From Bradymonadia bacterium (GTDB taxonomy: Bacteria; Myxococcota_A; Bradymonadia; UBA7976; UBA1532), in contig JBKAGE010000061.1 of NCBI GenBank assembly GCA_046290225.1, positions 1 through 56,012 of the forward strand: DNA of 56,012 nt, given 5' to 3'. Each line of letters starts with the position of its first letter. Within the stretch, counting starts at the first letter, position 1. The position numbers were made by a program, and so were the translations under genes. Below, in pieces: positions 1-9,230 of this stretch. The notes below the pieces were generated by a model. That model made no database searches and was not told where the DNA came from. It worked only from the letters and a program-made list of their open reading frames with translations.

Positions 1-947
1 GGCTCCCCCGGCCAAACAGCAACCTCCGGACCATCCATGCCATCACACCAGCGCCCACGCCCCATCCCCTCAGTGTGAAACGGCGCGATCATGTTGCCGT
101 AGGCGTCGATGGCGATGAGGCCTGCCTTGCCCCGGCCGAAGCGGGCCGAGAAGCGATCCAGAGCGTCGTTGGCCGCGAAGTCGAGTGTGTCCCCGCGGGC
201 CAGCGTATTGATCACTTGCTGACACAACATGCCGCGGATGATGAACTCCCCCGTGCCCGTGGCGCAGATCGCCCCCAGGCCGTCTTCAGCCCAGAAGCCT
301 GCGCCGGGGAGCGGCGAATCGCCCACGCGGCCAGGGTGTTTGAGCCAGATGCCGCCTGTGCTCACGGCCACGGCGAGGCGGCCGTGGGCGTCACGGGCCA
401 CCGCGCCCACTGTGTCGCCGGAGTCGTGGGTGCCGCCGAGGCGGGTCAGATCTTCCGCGGAGATCGGCGGGCCGGTGACTTGCTGAGCCAGCAGTTGAGC
501 CTCGTAGGCCTCTTGGCGGTGAGGGGAGATGATCGCCGGCTCGGGAGTGAAGCCCTGTGAAGTGGCGAATTTGGCCGCGCCTTCACCTGCGAGCAGACAA
601 TGGGGAGATTGTGTACGGATGAGCTCCGCCACCTCCACCGCGTTGGCCAGCATCGGTGCCGCCGCCACCGCGCCGATGAGGCCTTCAGTGCCGTCCATCA
701 CCGCAGCATCGGCCTCGATGTGGCCTTCTTGATTCAGGCATGAGCCATGGCCGGCGTTGAAGGCCCCGCAGGCCTCCATGACCCGGACTGCGGCGATGGT
801 GGCGTCTACTGCAGAGCCGTCGGCTGCGAGGACCTGTTGCCCCGCGTGCATCGAGGCGTGCAGCCCCTCGCGGTAGGCCCGCTCTCGCTCGGGGCCCATG
901 GACTTCATCGCCCCTGCGCCGCCGTGAATCACCAGAGACCAGCTCAT
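1..947 (-). CDS. iaaA: Isoaspartyl peptidase/L-asparaginase (Ntn hydrolase), 3' end runs off the window
   Basis: Absent from the ORF track (no stop in window). Manual translation from ATG 947 gives MSWSLVIHGGAG...FNAGHGSCLNQEGHIEADAAVMDG...DTVGAVARD...STGG...GRVGDSPLPGAG. ATGA overlap with the upstream gene. Confidence 0.9.
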   Translation of the reverse strand, partial: MSWSLVIHGGAGAMKSMGPERERAYREGLHASMHAGQQVLAADGSAVDATIAAVRVMEACGAFNAGHGSCLNQEGHIEADAAVMDGTEGLIGAVAAAPMLANAVEVAELIRTQSPHCLLAGEGAAKFATSQGFTPEPAIISPHRQEAYEAQLLAQQVTGPPISAEDLTRLGGTHDSGDTVGAVARDAHGRLAVAVSTGGIWLKHPGRVGDSPLPGAGFWAEDGLGAICATGTGEFIIRGMLCQQVINTLARGDTLDFAANDALDRFSARFGRGKAGLIAIDAYGNMIAPFHTEGMGRGRWCDGMDGPEVAVWPGE

Positions 948-1573
948 GAGGCGACACTCCAAGCCAGCAGCAGCTGACCGCCGAAATAGGCCGGTACACC
1001 CCAGAGGCGGTTGCCGAAGCCGGCCCCCATGAACCGATCTCGGGCCACGGAGATGTCAGAGGCCCAGAACGCCGTGGCCCCCGCGGTGATCAACCAGTCA
1101 GGGGCGTAGCCGAAGGTGCCCCAGGCCAGAGTGGCCATCACCGTGATGACCAGCATGTAGGCCCGTACGGGCCAGACCATGCCTCCGCGTACGTGGCCTT
1201 TGAGCATACGGGCCACCACCAGGGCGCCGAGGATCATGGGGGCCGTGGCCCAGGCGAGGGCGGTGAGATCGAGGCCCCGGGCCGCGAAGGCCCCGATGTA
1301 GGCCACGTGGCCGAGCAAAAAGGCGCTGAGCCCGAAGAGAAAAAAGCCCTTTGTGCGGCGCATCAGGGCCATGTCGCCCACCCACGACAAACACAACCCC
1401 GCAAAGATCCACTGGCCGTAAGTGTGACTGAGGGCGCCCCAGCTCAGAGCGGCCCACAGAAACCCGGAGGCCGCCAGAGGCTTGCACACCCAGACCCCGG
1501 GCCTTCGATCCAGCCCTTCGAAGGTGAGGGCCCCCACTGTAGCGACGATCGTGAGCACGGCGCCGGGGCTCAT
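944..1573 (-). CDS. Lysoplasmalogenase, YhhN family membrane protein
   Basis: Hydrophobic protein with KP, GD..L, FLLGHVAY, SD and YF.GQ motifs. Start placed at ATG 1573 because the longer ORF would cover the divergent promoter. Confidence 0.85.
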   Translation of the reverse strand: MSPGAVLTIVATVGALTFEGLDRRPGVWVCKPLAASGFLWAALSWGALSHTYGQWIFAGLCLSWVGDMALMRRTKGFFLFGLSAFLLGHVAYIGAFAARGLDLTALAWATAPMILGALVVARMLKGHVRGGMVWPVRAYMLVITVMATLAWGTFGYAPDWLITAGATAFWASDISVARDRFMGAGFGNRLWGVPAYFGGQLLLAWSVAS

Positions 1574-1590
1574 CGGATCTCGGATTTGTT

Positions 1591-1611
1591 TTTGTGTGTT
1601 TTTGACACTAA
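1591..1611. promoter_or_regulatory. NrtR-type operator upstream of ADP-ribosylglycohydrolase 1
   Basis: TTTGTGTGTTTTTGACACTAA = TTT-GTGT-N7-ACAC-TAA, a 21-bp imperfect palindrome matching the GT-N7-AC NrtR pattern. Confidence 0.7.
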
Positions 1612-1650
1612 GTTTGTCCTCATCAGGCAATCACTGGAGGATAGGCTGCC

Positions 1651-2652
1651 ATGCACACCACACACAACGCCCCACAGCTCACCCTCGGCGATCGACTCCA
1701 AGGCGCGCTGTGGGGGCTGCTCCTCGGCGACGCCACGGGCGTGCCCTATGAGTTTCACGGCCCTCGACAGATCCCACCGTTTCACGAGATCGAGCTCACA
1801 CCGCCCGTCCTCTTTCAGAGGGCGCACATCGGCGTGCCCGTAGGTACGTGGTCCGACGATGGGGCCCATGCGCTCGCCCTGCTCGACAGTTTGCTCGAGT
1901 GCGGTGGCCTCGATTTGTACGATCTGGGGCAGCGACTCGTGGAGTGGTACCGCGAGGGGCGATACGCTGTGGATCGTCGGGTTTTCGACATCGGAGTGCA
2001 GACCAGCCGGGCCCTCAATCGGCTCGAGCAGGGGGTCGACCCCGAGCAGGCCGGCCCGAATGGGGAATGGGACAACGGGAACGGTGCTCTGATGCGGGTG
2101 ATGCCCCTCGCCCTCTGGCACACAGGCACTGATGAGGCCCTCGTTGCTGATGCTCACCGGCAGTCCCTGGTCACCCATGGTCATCTGCGCTCGCAAATCT
2201 GCTGTGCGTGGTACTGCCTTTGGGCGCGGATGGAGCTTGCAGGCCACGCTGGGAGCGCGCAGCAAGCCCTCGAGCGCCTGCGGATGATCTATGACGCCCA
2301 CTGGCCCGCGCACCGGGCCGAGCTCGAAGACAAGCTGCGCCCTGATGCCCCAGAAGGTCCGAATGGCTCCGGGTATGTGGTCGATTGCCTCTATTCGGCG
2401 ATCTACGCCACCACCGCCGAAGATGTCCGTGGGGTGATTCGCAAGGCCATCGCCCTGGGCAATGACACTGATACCACTGCCTGTGTGGCTGCAGGCATCG
2501 CTGGGGCGCGTTGGGGGTACTCGGGCCTGCCGCAGGACTGGTTACGGATGCTGCGGGGTCAGGCCCTGGTGCAGCCACTCAGCGATGGCCTGGTGGCGCG
2601 GCGAGAGGCGCATCTCGATGATGCGTGGACGTATCACCCGACTGTGAACTGA
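1651..2652 (+). CDS. ADP-ribosylglycohydrolase family protein (DraG/Tri1-like)
   Basis: GLLLGDATGVPYEF, GTWSDDG, NGNGALMR and GNDTDT motifs; GGAGG RBS upstream. Confidence 0.92.
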   Translation: MHTTHNAPQLTLGDRLQGALWGLLLGDATGVPYEFHGPRQIPPFHEIELTPPVLFQRAHIGVPVGTWSDDGAHALALLDSLLECGGLDLYDLGQRLVEWYREGRYAVDRRVFDIGVQTSRALNRLEQGVDPEQAGPNGEWDNGNGALMRVMPLALWHTGTDEALVADAHRQSLVTHGHLRSQICCAWYCLWARMELAGHAGSAQQALERLRMIYDAHWPAHRAELEDKLRPDAPEGPNGSGYVVDCLYSAIYATTAEDVRGVIRKAIALGNDTDTTACVAAGIAGARWGYSGLPQDWLRMLRGQALVQPLSDGLVARREAHLDDAWTYHPTVN

Positions 2653-2657
2653 GTGCG

Positions 2658-3104
2658 TCACAACCAGCGCAACACCGCGTTGGGATCACCGAGCACTTGC
2701 TGACGCATGCTCTGAGCATCGAGCACGCCATCTCGCTCGGCGATCTCGGCCACTGCTTCAGTGACCCGTGCCATCTGCACGCCACCCGCGGCGAGCTTCA
2801 GCGGCGCCCCTTGCTTGAGCTCAAGGGCGATGGCGCGGCGATGGGCCAGGGCGCCCCCCGACATGTCCACCACGATGAAGTCACCGCAGAAGTCACGTTG
2901 GTTGCAGCGGTAGAGCCACATGTTGCGGCGCTCGAGCAGCAGACGGCGGGTGAACACCCGCTCCGGGCCGCTCAGGGCGAAGCGCTCCAGGCGCTGCCAA
3001 GCTTGAGAGCGTGACAGCGTGGGATCACGGGACAGCAGCTGGTCGATGTTGAAGCCCACGTCCACCATGGCGAAGGGCAGGCGCAGCGTCATCGGGTGGC
3101 GCAT
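2658..3104 (-). CDS. Hypothetical protein, possible PD-(D/E)xK-like fold
   Basis: Starts 3 nt after the PilT stop; contains GDF...ELK. Confidence 0.55.
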   Translation of the reverse strand: MRHPMTLRLPFAMVDVGFNIDQLLSRDPTLSRSQAWQRLERFALSGPERVFTRRLLLERRNMWLYRCNQRDFCGDFIVVDMSGGALAHRRAIALELKQGAPLKLAAGGVQMARVTEAVAEIAERDGVLDAQSMRQQVLGDPNAVLRWL

Positions 3105-3107
3105 GGT

Positions 3108-5306
3108 TCAAGATCCGCTGAAGATCGCAGGGTTGTTCACATAGCGCATGGCGTCGCGCACCGTCACCAGCCCCTTGTCGACCAGCATCATCAGCGACTC
3201 GTCGAGGGTGATCATGCCCTGGGCCTTGCCCGACTGCATGGCGCTCGCCGCTTGATGCATCTTGTTGTCGCGGATCATGTTCCGAATCGCCGGTGTGGCC
3301 ACCAACAACTCGAAGGCCCCTACCCGACCCTGACCATCTGCCCGAGGCAGCAGGCGCTGAGAGACCACCCCCAGCAGGCTCGCTGCCAGCTGGGTGCGGG
3401 CCTGAGCTTGCTGATGTGCTGGGAACACATCGACGATGCGGTCCACGGTCTGCACCGCGTCGTTGGTGTGCAGCGTGCCCATGACCAGGTGGCCGGTCTC
3501 AGCCGCCGTAAGGGCCGCAGAGACCGTCTCCAGATCGCGCATCTCGCCCACCAGAATCACGTCTGGATCTTGCCGCAGGATGTACTTCAGCGCAGCGGAG
3601 AAGCTCTTGGTGTCGGCCCCGACCTCTCGCTGGTGAATCGTCGCTCGAGCCCCGTCATAGTGATACTCGATGGGATCTTCGACGGTGAGGATGTGACAGT
3701 CCCGGGTCTGGTTGATGCGCTCGGTCAGGCAGGCGAGGGTGGTGGTCTTGCCTGCGCCCGTGGGGCCGACTGCGAGCAGCAAGCCATGCGGCGCCTCGCC
3801 CATGCTCAGAAGGGCCGGGGGCAGGCCGAGAGACTCTGCCGGGGGCGGGGTTCTGGGGATGGATCGCAGCGCCGCCGCCATGTTGCCTTTTTCGTAATAC
3901 GCGTTGACGCGATATCGCTGACCTGTGTCGAGGGCCAGGGCGAAGTCCAGCTCGCGCTCCAGCTCGTAAGTCGTGCGCTGGCGCACGCTCAGGATCGAAT
4001 ACAAGAGCACGCGCATGTCCGCGGCGTTCAGGGCGGGGATGTCGAGAGGTACCAGGCGCCCCGTGATGCGCAGCGTCGGCGGGCGGTTCACCGAGAGGTG
4101 CAAGTCGGAGGCCCCTCGGGCCTGCACCTCGTGCAGGAGCCGCTTCATGTCGAGACCTGTGGAGGCGACATCGTCGGCCTCGGCTCTGAAAGCCGAGACC
4201 CCGAGCTTGATGCCCTTGGCGTGGAGCGCGAACTCCTCGGGCTCGGTGGCGTAGGCCATCCCCTGCTCGTGGGTGATCATGTTGTCTTTGTAGAGGGTGA
4301 GCAGGGCGTCGTTGAAGGTCTGCATGCCCGGCTCATCAGAGGTGCGCATGAGATCTTGCAGCGCCTCGACCTGCTGCTCTCGAATCAGCCGGGCCGCCGC
4401 GGGGCTCACCATCAGCATCTCCACCGCCACCACCCGACCTTGATGATCGGCACGGGGCAGCAGGCGTTGGGCCACCACGCCTTTGAGACACATCGACAGA
4501 TCGAGCGACACCTGAGCCCGCTGATGATCGGGGAAGTAGCCCACGATGCGCTGAAGGGTCTGGCTGGCGTCGATGGTGTGCAAGCTGGCGAGCACCAGAT
4601 GGCCTGTGAGCGCAGCTTGCATAGCCGTACGCACAGTGTCTTCGTCTCGCAGCTCGCCGATCAAGATCACATCAGGGCTCTCGCGGACTGCCTGCCTCAA
4701 GCCCACCTGGAACGAGACGGTGTCCACCCCTACCTCTCGCTGGGTCATCCGGCTCTTGATGTCGTTGTGCAGGAACTCGATGGGCTCTTCGAGGGTGACG
4801 ATGTGGCAGCGCCGGTTGACGTTGATGTGGTGGACCATCGCCGCCAGGGTGGTGGACTTGCCCGAGCCCGTGGCGCCGGTGACCAGCACGAGCCCGCGGG
4901 ACATCTCGGCGAGTCGTCGCAAAGTCAGGGGCAGGTGCAACCCTTCGAATTCGAGGGCGCCGCTCGGCAGCGCTCTGGCCACCACTGCGATGCGGCCCTG
5001 CTGGCGAGCGAGGTTGAGCCGGAATCGACGATCTGCGTCCATGGAGAAGCCCACGTCGAGATCGCCCGTCTTCTCGAATTTTTCGCGGAGCGTCTGGGGC
5101 ACAGCCTGTTTGATCAGGGTCTGTAGATCCTGCTTCGTCGTGGGTGGGTATTCGAGGGGGCGCACTGCGCCGTGCAGTCGTACGGCGGGGACTTTGTCCT
5201 CACAGAGGAACAAATCAGAGGCACCCCACGACTGCAGAGATCCCATGATGCGTACCAGGGGCGGCCCTTGCTCCGGCATGGTCTCGTCGACGGATTGATC
5301 TGACAT
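3108..5306 (-). CDS. pilT: Tandem double-domain PilT/PilU type IV pilus retraction ATPase
   Basis: Two full PilT units: Walker A GATGSGKST and GPTGAGKTT, Walker B ILIGELRD and ILVGEMRD, His boxes TGHLV..LH, AIRNMIRD in unit 2. Start at ATG 5306 after GGAGCAGGTG. Confidence 0.92.
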   Translation of the reverse strand: MSDQSVDETMPEQGPPLVRIMGSLQSWGASDLFLCEDKVPAVRLHGAVRPLEYPPTTKQDLQTLIKQAVPQTLREKFEKTGDLDVGFSMDADRRFRLNLARQQGRIAVVARALPSGALEFEGLHLPLTLRRLAEMSRGLVLVTGATGSGKSTTLAAMVHHINVNRRCHIVTLEEPIEFLHNDIKSRMTQREVGVDTVSFQVGLRQAVRESPDVILIGELRDEDTVRTAMQAALTGHLVLASLHTIDASQTLQRIVGYFPDHQRAQVSLDLSMCLKGVVAQRLLPRADHQGRVVAVEMLMVSPAAARLIREQQVEALQDLMRTSDEPGMQTFNDALLTLYKDNMITHEQGMAYATEPEEFALHAKGIKLGVSAFRAEADDVASTGLDMKRLLHEVQARGASDLHLSVNRPPTLRITGRLVPLDIPALNAADMRVLLYSILSVRQRTTYELERELDFALALDTGQRYRVNAYYEKGNMAAALRSIPRTPPPAESLGLPPALLSMGEAPHGLLLAVGPTGAGKTTTLACLTERINQTRDCHILTVEDPIEYHYDGARATIHQREVGADTKSFSAALKYILRQDPDVILVGEMRDLETVSAALTAAETGHLVMGTLHTNDAVQTVDRIVDVFPAHQQAQARTQLAASLLGVVSQRLLPRADGQGRVGAFELLVATPAIRNMIRDNKMHQAASAMQSGKAQGMITLDESLMMLVDKGLVTVRDAMRYVNNPAIFSGS

Positions 5307-5421
5307 CACCTGCTCCAACTCGAGGGGGGTTGTGTTCGACTCTATACTTGCCTCTGGCCCGAGGCCACGATGAATGCAGGTTGGTTGCAAAGGCCACGTG
5401 TCCGCGAGATGCTCCCGTCCC

Positions 5422-6432
5422 ATGCAGTCATCCGCCTTGATGCCGGCCGAGTGGTCGCGCCAGAAAACCGTGTGGATCGCGTGGCCACATGACGCTGAAG
5501 AGTGGGGGGGCATCGGCACGCTCGCTGAGGTGCAGCGAGAGTGGCTCACGTTCGCTCAGCACCTCGGAGATCATCAGCATGTCGATGTGCTCGTGCCCGA
5601 GGCTGTGGCGGGTGACGTGGCCAATGCCCTCGGCGCCCGACCTCATCAGCTGCACACCGATGTGCCCTATGATGACATCTGGCTGCGAGACACAGCCCCT
5701 CTGTTCACCGGCAGAGGGGCCATGTGTTTCCAGTTCAATGGCTGGGGCGGCAAGTTCCCATTCGAGCAGGACAAGGTGTTGGCAGCGAAGATCGGTCATG
5801 CCGCCAGTGCCCGTGTGTTGTCGTGCAATTGGGTGATGGAGGGTGGTGCTGTTGACGTCGATGGTGAAGGCACGGCCCTCACCACCACTGATTGTGTGCT
5901 CAACCCCAATCGGTGGGCCCATGGTCAGACCCCGAGTCAGGCTGTGGTGGAGGCGCGGTTGAGCAATGCCCTTGGTGTCAGCCGCGTCATCTGGCTCACC
6001 GGCTGCTTGCCCAACGATCACACCGATGGCCATGTGGACACCCTCGCCCGCTTCGTGGCTCCAGGCCATGTGGTGTGTATGCGTCCCGGAGGGCCCGAGG
6101 CCCAGAGAGCGGCTCTACAGAGTATTCTCGATGGCCTCGAAGGTCAGCGTGACGCTCAGGATCGACCGCTGCAGATCACTCTGCTGCCCACGCCACCTGT
6201 CGTACTCGACGCAGAAGGGCAGTCATTGCCAGCCACCTATGCCAATTTCTACATCGGCAATGGGGTGGTGATCGTGCCTGCCTATGGACACCCTGCAGAT
6301 GTACAGGCCCGTGAGGTGCTCGCCGGCATTTACACCGAGCGAGTGGTGATCTCGTCACCCGCCGCGGCCATTCTGCGTGGTGGTGGATCATTCCACTGCA
6401 TCACCCAACAACAGCCGGAGGTCGGCACATGA
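5422..6432 (+). CDS. aguA: Agmatine deiminase (PPAD family)
   Basis: MPAEW, DIWLRD, FNGWGGK, EGGA, DHTDGHVD, YANFY and GGGSFHCITQQQP motifs. Confidence 0.93.
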   Translation: MQSSALMPAEWSRQKTVWIAWPHDAEEWGGIGTLAEVQREWLTFAQHLGDHQHVDVLVPEAVAGDVANALGARPHQLHTDVPYDDIWLRDTAPLFTGRGAMCFQFNGWGGKFPFEQDKVLAAKIGHAASARVLSCNWVMEGGAVDVDGEGTALTTTDCVLNPNRWAHGQTPSQAVVEARLSNALGVSRVIWLTGCLPNDHTDGHVDTLARFVAPGHVVCMRPGGPEAQRAALQSILDGLEGQRDAQDRPLQITLLPTPPVVLDAEGQSLPATYANFYIGNGVVIVPAYGHPADVQAREVLAGIYTERVVISSPAAAILRGGGSFHCITQQQPEVGT

Positions 6433-8048
6433 GCGCCGAGGGTGCCCTCGAACAGCTGGTCCACCAGTTTTCGGATCCGCTGTCGTTCTATCGCGAGCTG
6501 ATCCAGAACGCCCTCGACGCCGGCAGTCCCTCCATCGACATCTGGTTCGAGTTCGAGCCCGCCAAAGGGTCGAAAAAGAAGAGTGCCCCTGGGGTGATGA
6601 TCATCCACGTCGATGACGCCGGCGAGGGCATGGATCGCGAGATCATCGACACGCGCCTGACACGCCTCTTCAGCTCTGCCAAAGACGGCGACTTCACCAA
6701 GATCGGCCGCTTCGGCATCGGGTTCGTCTCGGTCTTTGCTGTAGAGCCCGAGGCGGTGTGTGTCGACACATCTCGAGGTGGAGAGCACTGGCGCGTGCTC
6801 TTCGAGAAAGATCGATCGTTCACGCGTATCGCCCGAGATGAGCCTGTCGACGGCACGTTGATTCGCATCTACAAGCCCATCGATGCCGAGGGGTACGCCG
6901 ACTTCGTGCGTCGGTCCGAGGAGACCGTACGGTTCTGGTGCAAGCACGTAGAGCAGGCAGAGATCATCTTCGAGGGGGAGATGATCAACGGCCCCGTCGA
7001 TCTCGACTTGCCCGTGATCGTGCGCCACGAGGTCGAGGGCACACAGCTCATCGCGGGGTATGCCGAGGACGGTTCGAGTCACTATGGCTTCTACAACAAG
7101 GGCCTCACCCTGCTCGAGGGCAGCGACGACACCTTCTTCCCTGGCGTGCACTTCAAGATCAGCTCTCGCTATCTAGAGCACACCCTCACCCGCGACAACG
7201 TGCTCCGGGACAAGCACTTCCATCAAGCCATGGCGTTGCTCAAGACCCAGATCGAGGAGTCGCTGCCTCTGGCGGCCTTTCGAGGGATCACTGAGGAGGG
7301 GGGTGAGCTGTCTCGTGAGGCGCTGTACCACATCCTTCAAGTACAGCTGGCCAATGGTGAACCTCCCAAGGCCGCCCTCGGCTTGCCCATCGCACGGCGT
7401 GCGGGCTCTGAGTACGAAGGGCCTGACTCCACAGACATAGATGCCAAAGGCACCTGGCTCACCCTCGCCCGATGCCAACAGGCCAAAGCGAAGGGGCGTT
7501 TGTTCTCCGCGCCTCTCGCCCACAGCCCCATCATCGCCCTCGCCGAGTCTGAAGAGGGCGTCACTGTCATCGAAGACACCCCAGTGGTGATCGAGTGTCT
7601 CAACGCTCTCGGGGGACCTGCCATCGAGCCGTTGAGCGATCGGTGGTGTGCGCCAGTCCCCCTCGGTGAGCAGCCCGAGGGCTGGCCAGCTCTCAAAGAG
7701 GCCGTCGTGGCGTTGCTCGATCGTCATGGCGCCAGGACCAGCGAGGTGTATCTCGGTCGATTCGACACCCCTGGATCAGGCATCGCCGATCGCGTGGCCA
7801 TCACTCAGAAGACCCCCTGGGGCCTCACCCCGCTCCAGGAGATTCAGGTGGTGAGCACGTCGTTCTTCAGCCGTAAGCGTGCGTTGATCATCAATGGCGG
7901 CCACGACGCGGTGACGCCTCTGCTGCGACTCGCTGCTCGAGAGCCTGCCCTTGCTGCTTACTTTCTGGTCAAGCAGTTCTTCCTCGGAGCGAGTCTCGAC
8001 CCCGAGCTCGACGTGGCTCTCGCAGAGGCTGCAGCCGCGGGCGTTTGA
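6429..8048 (+). CDS. HSP90/HtpG-like GHKL ATPase domain protein
   Basis: RELIQNALDA, DDAGEGM and IGRFGIGF motifs; ATGA overlap with aguA. Confidence 0.82.
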   Translation: MSAEGALEQLVHQFSDPLSFYRELIQNALDAGSPSIDIWFEFEPAKGSKKKSAPGVMIIHVDDAGEGMDREIIDTRLTRLFSSAKDGDFTKIGRFGIGFVSVFAVEPEAVCVDTSRGGEHWRVLFEKDRSFTRIARDEPVDGTLIRIYKPIDAEGYADFVRRSEETVRFWCKHVEQAEIIFEGEMINGPVDLDLPVIVRHEVEGTQLIAGYAEDGSSHYGFYNKGLTLLEGSDDTFFPGVHFKISSRYLEHTLTRDNVLRDKHFHQAMALLKTQIEESLPLAAFRGITEEGGELSREALYHILQVQLANGEPPKAALGLPIARRAGSEYEGPDSTDIDAKGTWLTLARCQQAKAKGRLFSAPLAHSPIIALAESEEGVTVIEDTPVVIECLNALGGPAIEPLSDRWCAPVPLGEQPEGWPALKEAVVALLDRHGARTSEVYLGRFDTPGSGIADRVAITQKTPWGLTPLQEIQVVSTSFFSRKRALIINGGHDAVTPLLRLAAREPALAAYFLVKQFFLGASLDPELDVALAEAAAAGV

Positions 8049-8445
8049 GCGGACGACCGTGCCTTCGGCACCGTCTGTAGCGGACGGCCGTGCCTTTGGC
8101 ACCGCCTGTAGCGGACGGCCCAGCTGCGCTGCGCCTGTAGCGGACGCCTCGCCTTTGGCGAGAGCTGTAGCGGACGCTCATTTGCCTCCGGCAAATTCCC
8201 TGTAGCTTTTTGAAGATCAGTTGGGGGGCGTTGACTCATCTGCCGCGAACGTCGCGGCCCTCTGACGGATCAGTTTCAGCGTAAGCCTCTACCTGGGTTG
8301 AGTAACCCACCACGCACACCAGAACTCTCTTAGAAAGCTACAGCTCAGGCTGCCGGAGGCAGACTCGGCGTCCGCTACAGCTCTGCAAGGCGAAGCCGCA
8401 GCAGGCGTCCGCTACAGGCGGTGCGCAGCACGGCCGTCCGCTCAA
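8045..8445. repeat. Two inverted arrays of CTGTAGCGGACG plus hairpin units (REP/BIME-like) around a ~125-bp core
   Basis: CTGTAGCGGACG at 8075, 8106, 8135 and 8165, with variants at 8045 and 8200. Inverted copies (CGTCCGCTACAG, CGTCCGCTCAA) lie in 8337-8445. Each spacer is a short hairpin. Confidence 0.85.
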
Positions 8446-8447
8446 GC

Positions 8448-9215
8448 TCACCAGCGGCGCTTCACCGCCTCGGGCAGCACCTCGCTCAGCGAAGCGCTCA
8501 CCTTCAGATCTGCGAGCGTGTCCAGAGGGGTCTCTCCGAGAGAGACGATGATCAGCGTGCTGCCCGTCTCCCGTGCGTGGATCGGCAGCTCAGCTGCAGG
8601 GTGCACCCCGAGGCTGCTGCCGAGGACCAGGAAAGCGTCGCAGTCCAGCGCCCAGCGGATCGCCTGGCGGTGTGCCGCGATGGGCAGCGGATCGCCAAAC
8701 GCGATCACATCCGAGCGCACCGGCGCGCCACAGGCGGTGCACCGCGGATCATCCACCTTTTGGGTGTACCAGCCTTTGAGGTCTTCGAGATCGAAGCGCT
8801 CTGGACATGCTGTGCAGTGTGCAGTGGCCACTGTGCCGTGCAGCTCGACCACCTTGTCGGGATCGTGCCCTGCTGCTTGATGCAGGCCATCGACGTTTTG
8901 CGTGATCACGCCGAGCAGACGGCCCTGACGCTCGAGATCGACCAGGGCCTCGTGGCCTGGATTGGGGCGGTGGGCTGCTGCTGGATCCACCAGGGCCCAG
9001 AGGGCCGACCAGAAAGCCTTTCGGCCTTCAGGCCCTGACTCGAAGCCCTGACACGACAACACGCTCGGATCGAGGCGGGACCAGACCCCGCCCGGGGATC
9101 GAAAGTCGGGGATCCCGGAGTCGACGCTGATGCCTGCGCCCGTGAGCACTGCGATCCGCTCATAGCGGCTGAGCAGGCGCTTCAGCTTCCACAGATCCCA
9201 TTGCTTGCTCATCAT
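8448..9215 (-). CDS. cobB: Sir2 family NAD-dependent protein deacylase
   Basis: GAGISVDSGIPDFRS, TQNVDGLHQAAG, ELHG, two CxxC and GSSLGVHPAA motifs. Confidence 0.93.
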   Translation of the reverse strand: MMSKQWDLWKLKRLLSRYERIAVLTGAGISVDSGIPDFRSPGGVWSRLDPSVLSCQGFESGPEGRKAFWSALWALVDPAAAHRPNPGHEALVDLERQGRLLGVITQNVDGLHQAAGHDPDKVVELHGTVATAHCTACPERFDLEDLKGWYTQKVDDPRCTACGAPVRSDVIAFGDPLPIAAHRQAIRWALDCDAFLVLGSSLGVHPAAELPIHARETGSTLIIVSLGETPLDTLADLKVSASLSEVLPEAVKRRW

Positions 9216-9230
9216 GCCCGTGTCTTCTCC

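Noticed and set aside
3096..5126. 676-aa plus-strand ORF and similar long antisense ORFs (22586-23950, 37264-39231, 44148-45932, 49148-50587, 54443-55648)
   Set aside because: Shadow frames of well-supported genes in high-GC DNA, with no motifs.
8045..8210. CRISPR array
   Set aside because: The repeat is only 12 bp, spacers are 17-23 nt and self-complementary, a mirror array exists on the other side, and no cas genes are present.
8223..8290. HDV-like or hammerhead ribozyme in the shared core (GCG-AACGT-CGC-GGCCC; CTGA...CGAAA)
   Set aside because: P2 pairing and the CUGANGA consensus are missing, and the pairing is not kept in copies A and B.
8448..9215. Sir2 as an anti-phage NADase (Thoeris/DSR type)
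   Set aside because: It has the zinc-binding CxxC pairs and all motifs of a housekeeping CobB-type deacylase, with no defence partner domain.
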